Origin: Macrostomum lignano
Taxonomy: Eukaryota
Length of the DNA stretch: 64,000 bases
NCBI GenBank assembly: GCA_002269645.1
Contig: NIVC01000562.1
Span: 178,638 to 242,637, forward strand
Direction of reading: 5' to 3'
The notes beneath the pieces were generated by a model. That model ran no database searches. It worked only from the letters and a program-made list of their open reading frames with translations, and was not told where the DNA came from. This document shows positions 12,937 through 25,800 of this stretch, one piece after another. The position numbers were made by a program, and so were the translations under genes. Positions within the stretch are counted from its first letter, which is position 1. Every line of letters begins with the position of its first letter.

Positions 12937-13492
12937 GCCCATTTTCCTGTCATGTTTTTACCAATGCAAACGAAAGTGGAATTTTAGGCAGTTGGGAAAC
13001 ACTGCAGCATTGAAATCTGTATTTTGTTAGACAGAAAGTTTCAGCAGGAGAGCAGTTCGTACACGTGAACTATGAGCAGTTGGCAAAGCAGCTTATCTAA
13101 CGTCTGCCAGAGAAAGAGTTCAAATGCACTGTTTTGGCGCAATACAGTCTAGAAAGATTGTGAACTTTGACTGGCTAATGCTGAAAGATCATGATACGAG
13201 GGGGGAGGGGGCTGAATCATTTCTGCTGATGCAGCACACTTCAGGCCAAGCCCGGTTGCTGATTTTCGCGCAAAAAATGCTGACAAGATTTTGTAATTGA
13301 AAAAACCAATCGAAAATTTCGACCCCAAAGCCACCCCCCCCCAGATATGACTGCAGGCTGAAGTCTATAAAAGTGAGCCAGATTTTCAGCTATCAGACTC
13401 AACAAAGCCCCAGATTGGTGGCAATCAATATAAATCATTGGTTAACTGAAGACAGGACGACAAATATAACTCAGCTTGACAACAACTCAGCC

Positions 13493-16400
13493 ATGAAGCT
13501 GCTGTTTCTATTGGCCTGCGTAGGCCTTGCCGGTAAGTTTTGTTGCTTCTGCTCAGTGGTCTAGCGCGGCGCTCTGATGTGCCAGCGACCCAGGCTCGAT
13601 TCCAAGTGCAGTCACATTAATTTGGGGCTGAATTGGAATCTCGGCTTGGCTCTGCTCGTGCAATTAACGCCTTTGATGGCCAACCCCCAAGGCATAGTGC
13701 AGTGTACATGCCTAACGATAAATAAAGTTAGGGCCGCTGTACACTCCTGTGTGAGTGTGTGCCTGTGCGTTTGACTGCGTACGTATCCGCGAGCTTGTGT
13801 GCCTGCTCAGGGGAGTCGGCGGAATGGGCAGCAATGCCTCTCGCCGGTTGTAAAATTGTCGCTTGAAGTGCGCCAAGGTGTATACAGTCCCTTGCTTTTA
13901 AGAAAAACCGTTGCTTTTTGTTTAACTTAAGTCCTATCCGTCCTGTCCGAATAGCTTACTGCAAGTAGAAAAGCAAGTGTAAGGCAGGAAAAATTCTCTT
14001 AGTTGGTTTTTTACTTTTACAGCCTCGGCAAGTCTCCGGCCAGCCGGGCAGCTGCGGGCCGGCACGCCCAGGCAGCTGGAGTACCAGTACGATGCCCAGA
14101 TTGGCAGCGGCATCGAGGAGGTCAGTGGCCAGTTCAGCACTGTCCGCATGCGCTTCCGCGTCCAGATGCGCACTGACGGCGCGGCTTCCGCAGTCGCCGG
14201 CGCCGAGAAATGGACGGTGACCTTCACCGAGGTGAACCTCCGACAGAGGATCAACGCCACGGAGCAGCTGCCGAAGACGATGCTGCCAATGGCCGAGTTC
14301 CGCAACCTGGAGGACCCCCTGATGTGGGCGCAGGTGGAGCGGGCTCTCAAGCAGCCGTTCGCTGTCCTGCTGCGCTCTCGGGAGCAGAAGGTTGCCAAGG
14401 TGCTGTTCAACGAGGCCGAGCCATTCTGGAGCGTCAACATCAAGAAGGGCTTCCTGAGCATGCTGCAGGTAGACTTCGTCCCGAAAATCCCTAGCGCCCA
14501 AATGGAGAACGGCCAGTGGACAAAGGAGCAGGACGAGGTGAAGAAGCTCGCTTGTTGTCAATGACTCGAATTTAGATAGTCGCAGTAGTTTAGCAGCAAC
14601 CGTAACTTGGTTTAGTGAAGAGAAAATTCAAGTACAATGATATTCATAATTAGCTTCTAGCTATGGAGGAACAGTTCTATAGTTAAAATGGGTACTGATT
14701 GGATAATACTAGGAAGAGATACAGATAAATATAGACGAAGTCAATCTTAAGCTTTTGATAAATCAATCGACAATCCGAAATTTCAGATGACAACCGCCGC
14801 AGTCTGCCGGACATTCTACACCGCCGACCAGATCGAATACCACGAGTCCGACTCGCCAGTCTACCGTGTCGCCAAGTCCATCGACTTCAACAACTGCCGC
14901 AACCCCATGGACGGCAGCCGCGGCCTGGCCGCCATGTGGAACGGCCTGCGGCACCACGAGAGCCTCCGGTCAGCTAGCCAGAAGGGCCGCAGCTCCGACC
15001 TAGTTAGCGTCAGCAACCTGGCTCAGTACCTGGTTGAAATGGGCGGCGACCGAGCCAGCCCGCTGATTAGGAAGGGCTGGGCCCGCACCGTGCACACCCT
15101 GTCTCCGAGCAGCGACTCCCAGCACGGCACTGAGAAGATCTTCTCCGTGTAAGTACTGTAATGTGCACTCTGCTACCGTAAATATTCGCCTGAAGATTGA
15201 ATTTCATATGATGCCAGGAAGTTTCTGAATGCAACCGGACGAGCATTTGACACGCCCTAAACTCGCCGTCACGTCCCACCTTGCAGGCAGAAGCTGAAAC
15301 TCATCGGCAGCGACGACATCTCCGCCTCTGACGTTGAAGCCCTGGAGTCCCTGACAGAACAGCCGGAGGGACTCCGTCTTATCTACCCCCAGGAGGCCAG
15401 GAACATCGACCGAGAGGCCATGCTCAACCAGGTCGTTCGCCAGTTCCGCAAACTGTGGATGACCGACCGCCGTAGCGAGGTTGACATGCCCTCACTGGAG
15501 CAAATCGTTCGAATCCTGCGGTTGCACCTCAAGCGCGTTGAAGACATTGAAGCCGTTGCCCAGCAAATCAGCTCTCAGGGAGCTCCTGTCCTGCGCGACT
15601 TTATCATGGACATCTGCCCGCAGGTGGCCAACCATGGCTCAACCGAATTCCTGATGCGCATCGTGAGGGCTCTGGTGAAGACCAGCAGCCAGCCCAGCGC
15701 AACTAACATCGCCCAGATGGCTGGCGTGTCCATCGAACACATCCCGGCAATCTTTGCCAAACTCAGCATGACCAGCAAGTGGCAGCTGCGCACTCTACGA
15801 GTTGTGCTCGACACGGTGAAGGATAGCGAATTCCACTCCAAGCTGATGACCGCCGAGCGGATGCCGATCTACTCCGCTGCCTGGCTAAGCCTCGGCGCCA
15901 TGGTGAACGTGTACTATGGCCGGCAGGCCGGTATCGAGCCCTACCTGCAGCCGCTGAGCGACGCTGCCGCCCCCTGGGAGGCCCGACGGATCCATGCCGC
16001 TAGCTCGGAAGAGTTCCGCCGCGAGTTCATCGCCGAAGTGACCGCCGGTCTAAGACGCACCGATGCTGGACGCGACCTGGCCTTGAAGGTAGCCAAGAAC
16101 TGCGGCCTGTTCGAACTGTACGACCAGCTTGGCCCCATCATCCGAAGCCGTGATGCCAGGAAAGTTGCCGAGCGCGTGCAGGCCGTCTATGCCACGCAGA
16201 ACATGCTCCGTCGCAACAGTCTGACCCGCGTCACCGCCGAAGACGCCAGGAGTGTCGCTCAAGAGGAGAAGTACATCCGAGAGGACAGCGAGTACAGGCG
16301 CCACTTCGAGGCGGTCAGCAGCCGAATTCACGCCGACCTGATTGCCTGCTTCCGCAACGCCCGCGAAGATCCGGAGCTGAGGATCGCTTGCTACCGCGTG

Positions 16401-19400
16401 CTGATGCAGTGCCCCAACGTCAAGCAAACCGTGCTGAACATGCTGGTGCAGGCCATTCTGAGCGAGCCGACTCAGCAGGTTTACGCCTATTGTGTCAGCC
16501 ACATGGCTCAGATTGCCAGCAGCTCTCTGCCTCGCTATGACCGTGTCCGCCCGACCGTCCAGTCTGTTTTGTCGATGCTGCAGCGCCGGGAGCCAATGGA
16601 GCAAGTCTACAGCCGAGTCTTCCACGGCCAGCTGTGGGACGAGCTGCACAAACTGGGTCTGACAGTTGAGACCGACATGATCGTCTCTGACAAGTCATTC
16701 GTGCCGCGCTGGAGCCACATCAAGATCGAGCACCAATCTATGGGCAAGAACGTTCCAGCCCTGGAGATCAGCATGCGTACTGAGGGTTTGCAGAGCGTGC
16801 TTGCCAAGTTGGTTGGCCCCCGCAGCGCCCTATATGCTGACAGCGTGGCCAAGCTGCTCAGGCGTTCTGCTCGCAGCCTCGACGCCTCCGTGGACTCCGA
16901 GCTTCTCGATATTCTGCCCAGAATGCTGGCTGAGGTGCCGCAATTGGATCTGACCTTGGCATTCATGGGATACGATGTTATCTACGTGAAGAGCGTCCGC
17001 AAGCTTTCCTCCTCATCCTCCGATGAGCTCAGGAAATCTGGCAAAGCCGAAGCCATCGTGAAATCGCTGGCGAGCATGGGCAACATTCTCAAGTCATTTG
17101 GCAGGCTGTTCTCCATCAGCGCTAACTACGAGCTCCCGACTCCCGCCGGGTCCATCCTGGACCTCAACTGCTTCATGACGCTTGACTTTAAGCCCGCGGT
17201 CACCATTGAGCCCAAAAAATCCGGCTACCAAGTGAAGGCCTCGCTGCCAATCGTTATCAAGGGCTTCAAACGGTTCGGTAGCAATATGCACATCCTTAAC
17301 CACTATCATCAGTGGCTGACCACTCTGAAGGTTCTCAAGCAGTCAAGTCAAGAATTCGTCATTCAGATGGACGCTAGCGACGCGAAGCAGCCAGGCTTGA
17401 AACTCTTGATGGCCGTGCCCGGCTCCAAGTCGCCGATCGTGCAATTTAAGAATGCTGCCTACTCTACTTTCACCGAGTCCAACATCCAGTCGGGCAGGAT
17501 CAGAGTGTCCAACAAAAATGTCACTGTCGTACACAGGCAGATCCAGAAGCAGAAGCGGTTGGACTTCAGTCCGGTACTGAGCAACCTTTTGGCCCCATTC
17601 GGCTACAAGCTGCAGGTGCAGGGCAAGCAGCACTTCACCGCCGATCTGTACAAGGCTCCATGCAGCCTGCTGTCCGGCCCGTCCGAGTTTACTGTGTTCC
17701 TGGAGCCCACGACCGAGGAGGAGACCCGACGCACCGTGTTCATCAGCAGCAAGCTGAAGGTTATCGAAGACGAGGAGAGCGCCAAGCCACCCCAGGTGCG
17801 TCTGGAGGTGGACAATGTCCGCATCCAGAGCGACAGCAGCGAGACAATCAAGCAGCGTCTCGTCAGCGCCGTCTTTGAGCCGCGCGACTGGTCGGCCTCT
17901 CGGAGGACGTTCCGCTGCAGCCTCCGCTACCATCTCGGCCTGCCGTCTAGCCAGCAGGCCAGCGGCTACCAGATGACTGTCAACGGCCAGATTGACCTTC
18001 CCGAGGACCTGCCTATGTCGCCCAGGAGTCTCCCTCTGCGATCCGACGAATGGTTCAATGACAGGCGCCTGCGCATGGAGCTTCGCATCAACGATGAGGA
18101 GTCACAAGTAGGCAAAATCGAGGTTCAGTTCTCTTCCAACCCCGAGCTGAAGAAGCTGTTGGTCGATTCCGGACTGTCCGAGTCCCAGATGAAGAAGATG
18201 TTCCCGCGCATCGCTGCCTGCCTGAACGAGTCCCGCCAAAGCGTCCGGGAAGAGCCGCTGAAGGCCAATCCGCTCTTCACGCCAAGCTGCATCCGCCAGT
18301 TCAAGAAGTTCAACAAGCTCAGCCAGGTCGAGATTGAGATAACCCAGTCGGCTGATTGGTTTATGAACCCGCAAGCCAGCCCACTGCTTCTCGCTGCTAT
18401 CCAAAAGATCCAGGACTACCTGAAGCCTTATTTGACTCTCAGCGAGGCCCAGAGGAGCCATGATGCTAACAAGATCACCATCGTTTCTCGTCCGTCCCCG
18501 GTTGACTTCCGCGTGCAGCACCTGAACGTCACCTGCCCTCACCGCAGGAACGTCTGGCGCTCCATTCAGCTGCCTGCCGTTCCGTTCACCTGGGCTGGTG
18601 TCGTGCCCATCGCCACCTCAGCTATGGACTACGCCAAGGGCGGCAGGACCAAGTGCAGCCTGCTGCACTCGCACATTAAGACCTTCGACGATGTCGCCTA
18701 CAGCATCCCCAAGAGCCTGTTCAGCCGGATCGCCGAGAATCAATGCCCAATGCTGCTAGCCAAAGATTGCTCGAAAGCCAAGGAATTCCAAGTCCTGGCG
18801 CACATTAAGGACGGCAAGAAGTACATCACCATGCACCTTAACACCGACTCAAGCCGCCCGTTTGTCATAGAGGTGAGCAAACCAATCAACAGCGACCAGG
18901 CCAAGTCCACCGTGAAAGTGAACGGAGTCGAGGTGGAGCACAGTGAGGAGCCGCGAGAGGAGGTTCAGATCTATAAGCACACTGTCCGCGCTGAGAAGAG
19001 CCCGGTGACTGTTGAGATCAGCAAGTACCGCTACGCAGGCACCGTCATGTACAGGATCAGCAGCAAGCAGCAGCAGGTCAGTCTGCTGGTTGGCGGCAAG
19101 AAGCTGCGCACCGTTGAGATCCGGGTCTCGCCTTTCTATCGCAATCGAATGTGTGGCCTCTGTGGCGACTACGACAGCGAGAAATTCCGCGAGTTCAAAG
19201 GTCCCAACTACCACCGAGTGGCCGCCACCGAAAAGAAAATGATCGAGCAGTATGTCCTGCCTGTGTCCGACAGCTGCCGCATGGACCAGTCTGACAGCTT
19301 CGAGCAGGCGCAGAGCATCGAGCTGGGCCAGCCGAACTACCGTTCTCACTGGTCCTCCGACATGCCCAGGAGGCGATCCAGCTGCCAAATCGTCGCCGGC

Positions 19401-20648
19401 AAAAAGGTGAAGACCTTCAAGCACGCCGAGCTGGAGCTGATGTCCCCAGCGCTGAAGCAGATCGTTCAGGACACCGAGTGCGCTGCCAAGCTAGCCGTGG
19501 CCAAGATCGGTGACCAACGCGTCCGCGTCTTCCTGCACTCCAGCCGCAGAGAGGTTTTGGTGAAGGTCGGCAGCGAATACGAGCAGCGGCTGTCAATGTC
19601 TCGTCCAGCTTCCACGGAGCAGACCAGCTCCCCAGCTCCGTCTGGCGTGGCTGCCCACCTCGAGAAGCGGGCTTCGCAAGCCGCTCTGAGGCTGATGAAA
19701 GACGACAACAAAGTCACGATCAAGGTCACCCGGGATCAGCGAGTTGTCATCAAGGCCAGCGAGGTGGACGACCGTGAGGACGCCATCTGCGAGCTGTCCC
19801 ATCCATCCCAGATGTCCCAGGCTGACCGCAGCAGTGAGAGCGTCTTTGACAGCCTGAAGACTTTCACCGACGCGGAGGAGAGCCCTGTCTGCCGCGAGCA
19901 GCTGAGGCGCCGCCTCAACCAGTGCCGCGTGTCACCCGCCCGCGTCCAGCCGTTCCACGTCCGGGGTGAGTCCGACTGGTGGCAGCCGCGGTACATGGAC
20001 GCCCAACTGCTGAACCGCCTGGCTCAGACCCAGACTCCGCTGATCCTCAGCGCCGACCAGATTGCTGAAGGCTCCGCCGTCTACAGCGTCCAGATGGTGC
20101 ACGAGCGCCCAGCCGGCAGTGCAGACAACGACCAGCTGATCCGACACATCCTGCTGAAGAAGGACCGCGACACCCTCGCCAAAATCAGCATTCCAGCTCA
20201 ACTGGGCAGCAGCTCTGCCGCCCGCGTCAGAGTAACCTACCGCCGCGACGGAGCCGAACGCACCGCGGACAGCTCTGCCGAGGAGGACATCGACAGCGAC
20301 TTCCGCCTGTCTGTCAGTGAGCAGCGCATCAGTCTGGCGCACAAGAGCCGCCTGTACCAGCTGGACATTGAGCCGCAGGCTGGCAAGCCGGAGATCACCA
20401 TCGTGCGGTCGTCCGCTCACCCGAGCTACGCCAGAGTTGGTCTCTGCCAGGCGAACCAGCTGTCGGAGGTTCGCGAGCACCACGCCAACCCACGCGCCGT
20501 CCTTGTTGGCGCGATGCGCGCCACCGTCCGCGCCCGCGGTCTCTCCTCAATGCTCAGCGAAGCCGAGATTGTCCGCTACAGCCGCCTGCTCAGCGCCATC
20601 GAGCGAGCCGAGGACGAGCCCTCTAGCACTGCTGAGGCGCTTTGGTAA
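13493..20648 (+). CDS. Large lipid transfer protein (vitellogenin / apolipophorin-like), ~2092 aa. Exons 13493-13532, 14023-14537, 14787-15148, 15287-20648
   Basis: Signal peptide MKLLFLLACVGLA; Vitellogenin_N-type motifs (LEYQYDAQI, FWSVNIKKGFLSMLQ, E|MTTAAVCRTFY, ELRIACYRVLMQCP, QVYAYCVSHM); C-terminal VWD (KCSLLHSHIKTFDD...NRMCGLCGDYD). Exons total 6279 nt = 2093 codons with consistent phases. An alternative phase-0 donor for exon 2 exists at 14469. Confidence 0.9.
13548..13890 (+). mobile_element. tRNA-derived SINE (family 2) in intron 1 of the lipid-transfer gene
   Basis: Degenerate A/B boxes (ctcagtggtctagcg...ggctcgattcc), core cccccaaggc...gtgtacatgcc...gccgctgtacac, and a tail shared with the copies at 33183, 55535 and 59960. 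Confidence 0.75.
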
Positions 20649-21983
20649 CTCTGACCGGAAAACTCGAAAAAAACTGTTTTGGACCAACCGCCCATAGCCT
20701 GTAGAATATTGTCCCAACAACTTTTTAAGTCCGATTGCATTGTTTTGATCTTTATTGTCCGAATATATAATATTGTAATTTTAAGCTCAGAATCGTACTT
20801 GCATTAGTCAAGGAGAAACTGTAGCATAAAATTAAAAAGCGACAATCTTGCGTATCTGTGCAAATAAGGAAAATAACCATCACCCCGACAGATTTTTATT
20901 TCCACACACTTAAAAGTACGAGTAAAATTCCTGTGCATTGCATTGCGTTCCATAGGAGTTAAATACAAATACATTACTACTATTAGACCTGTGTGACCCA
21001 TTCTATTTGCAAAATTAAAAAGAACTGCTGCAGTCTCCAAGCTTTCTTAACGTTTATTCCTTTAGCTTAATTTTTTGACACAATTTTCTACGACAGTTTC
21101 AGCCTGCAGAAATGTTTGCTGCATAAAGTGTAAGGTCTGGCAACGTCTTTTGTATTTTTATTCAATCAGAGAATTGAAAAATGGTTATAAAAAAGAATAC
21201 AAAATCTTATTTTTTGTTCTTAGAGGGAAAAAGAAGTAGCTACATTGTATTATTATCGGATTTAAAAAAATAGCTACAGCATCCAGTGAAGTGAAAGTGT
21301 CTTACTAACTATTGAGACGCGAGCCCGTGTCTGTATTTTTAGACTAATAATAAAATGTTAACATTAAAACAAAGGATAATAGTTTTTAAAGGGAAACAAT
21401 ATAAAAATAAAGATAAATTTATCGTACGCCTAAGTTGGCTTATAGAGTTTGCCTCCCTTAAATTTTCAAAGCCATCTTAATTATTGCTGGAAATCCAGCC
21501 ACTTTGAAATTTCCGGTTTTAAAACTCCAAACTCCAACTGCAAACGTTTTCTCTGGTGTCAACATGTTTGAATACAAAAAATAAAGAGCCGTGTTTCAGC
21601 TAAAGCCAAGGACAATCGTAGTAACGCAAATAAGCTTGTAAAACACAGATATCGGCTGGGTATAAAAATATTCTTACAAAAAATGGAGTGAGCAAGAAAA
21701 GCGGAAGCGGAAGCGATTTGGGGGAGTAAAAATTAGCAGAGTTGTTGGAAAAAGCTGTTCCATTTAGCTGAGAATAGAAAGAAAAAATCACATAAATTTC
21801 TTCATAATTGAAATCTTTGAGTATCTTAACGTAAAGTTAGAAAGTTATCGAAAAAAATGTGCATAATACCAAAAAATTAACATCGATAAATAAACAGCAA
21901 AAGTCTTAAAAATGAAAATAATAAAATATAACAAAATATATATTGTTTGCATTTAACGATGCAAGATTTTTTTCAACGATAAT

Positions 21984-22362
21984 GGGTCTCCCTAAAACAC
22001 GCCCCGCACCGCCCCGCAGCGCTACACATTAAAACAAATTGGACTATAACTAAAGACACTTCAAAATGCGTTTTCTGTTAAGCTTCAAAGTTTTTATTAA
22101 ATTTAGTTTTTTAAATTCGAAATATAAAATTCGGTGACTAATAAGTGATATTAATAATAATATTAATAAAATAATAATAATATAATTTAGTAATGAAAAC
22201 GAGAATATAGAAAAAAAAATAATATTTAAAATAATAATTAAAGATATTTATTACATTACTCTTACAACAAATTGTTTTCTTTGAAATCAAATTCTGCATT
22301 GAAAAAAAATGTTATAATGTGTAGCGGTTCGGAGCGGTGCGGTGCGTGTTTTAGGGAGACCC
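21984..22362. mobile_element. 379-bp MITE with ~53-bp terminal inverted repeats and 9-bp TSD (Mutator/MULE-type)
   Basis: Left TIR gggtctccctaaaacacgccccgcaccgcc...gctacacatt; the right TIR is its near-perfect reverse complement ending ...gtgttttagggagaccc. The direct repeat aacgataat lies at 21975-21983 and 22363-22371. The interior is AT-rich and non-coding. Confidence 0.88.
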
Positions 22363-22803
22363 AACGATAATATCAATCATAACGATGATTATAGTGTCTA
22401 ATCATTCAGGTTTTTACATTTGTTATTATAAAAATTCATTATACTATTGACAGTAATTGTTAATATAAAATTAATAACAATAATATTAATATGATTTAAA
22501 TTAATGTGACCCATTGTGACAGCCCTGACGAAAAATGCAGAAAAAACAAAACAAAGAAGTGAAGCCGTAATAAAAGTAGAAAAAAAAACCGCGAGAGATT
22601 TTCAAGTGAAAAGAGATGGATTTTTGTTTTTTTACGAGATAAGCTGTTGTCACGATCAAGCTCGGGGAAGAGGGAGTAAAAAAATAATAAACAACCAAAT
22701 AAAAAAATCCAACGTGGAAGGCTTACAGATTTTTGTGTATAGTGCAAGTCTCTATCATGTGTAAAAATTTTAAAACCATCTGGAGAGCAGCAGACGAGGC
22801 CGA

Positions 22804-25800
22804 TCAGGCTGTGACGCTGTCGTTAAGCAGCTTCTCGGTCTCCTGCTCCTGAGCCATCCTGCGGGCCTTGCGCGTCTTCCGAGCCGCCAGCTTCTCCTGG
22901 CGGAGTTTTGCCGCGGTTTTTTCATACATAGTCACATTCTCACAATTTACACATAACCCCAATGCTCATTACCCAATGCACATTGCCCAGATGCATATTA
23001 CACTAACCACTTCACGTATGCAAATCTGGGTTGTAAGCATAGCATAATCTTAATAACAATGAAAACTACGATTTCCGGGAATTATAAACACTATCGGTAA
23101 AAACTCACCTGCAGTCCACGCTCCACTCGAGTCCTGTTCAGCTCCTGAGCTCGCTGGTACTCCTCCATGTCGATCTCGTATTGCTTCTTGATCGAGTCGA
23201 TGTCGCCTATTGAAATGAAATTGTCGGACGAGAGAATCCAGTTTAACAGGCTGAAAGATTTTCAGCTTTCTAAGGACACACTGTGGGCGCATTGTGGGTG
23301 AGAGCTGCTAGACACCCTATCACAGCAGGGTGAACTATGGAACTAACCGCTGCCAAAAATTGTGTCCACAAGAGGGTGTTGTGGACACCCCGGTGTAACC
23401 CATTCGGCGACATCGCCCCACAATCGCCTCACTCTGTGCCTTGGGGGTTGGCTCCCATGGGTGTGAAGCGCACGACAACCCCCTGGAAAATTTTCGAGCA
23501 GAAGCCCCAAATGAACACTTTAGCGCACGGAATCGAACCAGGGGTCGTGGCGCGAGAAGACTCAGACGCATTTACCACTGAGCTGCTCTGCCCCCTAACC
23601 CGGGCCAATTCAGCTTAACTTGCAGCGCTGGCAGGCCCACTCGGTTTGCAATAGACAGAAAGTTGCAAATTTTATTGCATTGTACTGACCGAACAGCTGA
23701 TCCTGGCTGGGCGGCGGTGCCAGATCCTTCAGAGACACCGCGTCAATCTTTGGCATGGACTCCATTGCTGATGCCTGCGGCGTCTCCGCGCTGCCCTCGC
23801 CTTCAGCCGCAGCCTCATCGTTCGACTTCTCCTTGCCCTTTCTGCTCTTCTTCGATTTTTTCTTTGAACCTGCGGTCTCCGGTGTCGCTTCGATGCCCAT
23901 CGGGCTGGGCTGGACTCCCTCCGGCTGCACTACCTGGACATTCTTCATCAGCTTCTGCATCTCGTCCTGGTTCAGAGTCTCCAGCTGCTCTTGCAGACGC
24001 CTGGCGTCGGTTAAATTGGCATCTGAAAAATTTTCCCATTTTTTAGTTTCTTATTGTTTTGCAAAGAAGCTTAGCTTTCTATTGCAAATTCTAACAAAGA
24101 GTTTCTAAGGAGGATTATGAGAAAATGGCAAAATGACAGCTGGAAGAGTCTGGAAGGAGTGACTCGTTTAATCCCATATAGAGAGGCCGGTTGTCCATCT
24201 AATCCCATATAAAGAGGCCTGTTGTCTATCTACTCCCATATAAAGAGGCCTGTTGTCTATCTACTCCCATATAAAGAGGCCTGTTGTCTATCTACTCCCA
24301 TATAAAGAGGCCTGTTGTCTATCTACTCCCATATAGAGAGGCCTGTTGTCTATCTACTCCCATATAGAGAGGCCTGTTGTCTATCTACTCCCATATAGAG
24401 AGGCCTGTTGTCTATCTACTCCCATATAGAGAGGACTGTTGTCTATCTACTCCCATATAGAGAGGCCTGTTGTCTATCTACTCCCATATGGAGAGGAGGC
24501 CTGTTGTCTATCTACTCTCATATAGAGAGGCCTGTTGTCTATCTACTCCCATATGGAGAGGAGGCCTGTTGTCTATCTACTCTCATATAGAGAGGCCTGT
24601 TGTCTATCTACTCCCATATGGAGAGGAGGCCTGTTGTTTATCTACTCTCATATAGAGGGGCTGGTTGTTCATCTAATCGCAGGAAGGAACCCTATAATTG
24701 AAGGGCCGTAAGAGTGACCTACACGTTTGACCAGCTGATAAAACCCCCAACATATGAAGAGATGCTGAATTCCCAAACCTTCATCTAGCCCAGCCTCTGC
24801 TGCAGCCTGCGGTCCCAGCAGCTCCTCCAGTTTCTGTTTAATCAGCCGAACTCGTTCGGTTCGCAGCAGCCGCTTTTTCTCAAAGAGCTCCTCGGTGGCT
24901 GACAGCAGGTCCCGGTCGATGGTCTTGTTGATCACCTTAATTCGGAGAAATATTGCCGCTGGTGATGCTGAGTGGACTGCTTCGAGATGAGACTCAGGGG
25001 GCGAGGGGAGGCCATTCCCAGGGAGTGGTGATTTCCCAGGGAGGGGTGATTTCCAGGGAGGGGTGATTCCCAGGGAGGGGTGATTCCCAGGGAGGGGTGA
25101 TTCCCAGGGAGGGGTGATTCCCAGGGAGGGGTGATTCCCAGGGAGGGGGTGATTCCCAGGGAGGGGTGATTCCCAGGGAGGGGTGATTCCCAGGGAGGGG
25201 TGATTCCCAGGGAGGGGTGATTCCCAGGGAGGGGTGATTCCCAGGGAGGGTGATTCCCAGGGAGGGTGATTCCCAGGGAGGGGGTGATTCCCAGGGAGGG
25301 GGTGATTCCCAGGGAGGGGTGATTCCCAGGGAGGGGTGATTCCCAGGGAGGGGTGATTCCCAGGGAGGGGTGATTCCCAGGGAGGGGTGATTCCCAGGGA
25401 GGGGTGATTCCCAGGGAGAGGTGATTCCCAGGGAGGGGTTGATTCCCAGGGAGGGGTGATTCCCAGGGAGGGGTGATTCCCAGGGAGAGGTGATTCCCAG
25501 GGAGGGGTGATTCCCAGGGAGGGGGTGATTCCCAGGGAGGGGTGATTCCCGGAGAGGGGTGATTCTTGGAGAGGGGAGATTCTTGGAGAGGGGTGATTCT
25601 TGGAGAGGGGTGATTCTTGGAGAGGGGTGATTCTTGGAGAGGGGAGATTCTTGGAGAGGGGAGATTCTTGAAGAGGGGAGATTCTTGGAGAGGGGAGATT
25701 CTTGGAGAGGGGAGATTCTTGGAGAGGGGAGATTCTTGGAGAGGGGAGATTCTTGGAGAGGGGTGATTCTTGGAGAGGGGTGATTCTTGGAGAGGGTGAT

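Noticed and set aside
9198-13030. Long Ser/Leu/Pro- and Arg/Gly/Glu-rich ORFs
   Set aside because: They are translations of CT and GA simple repeats, open in several frames on both strands.
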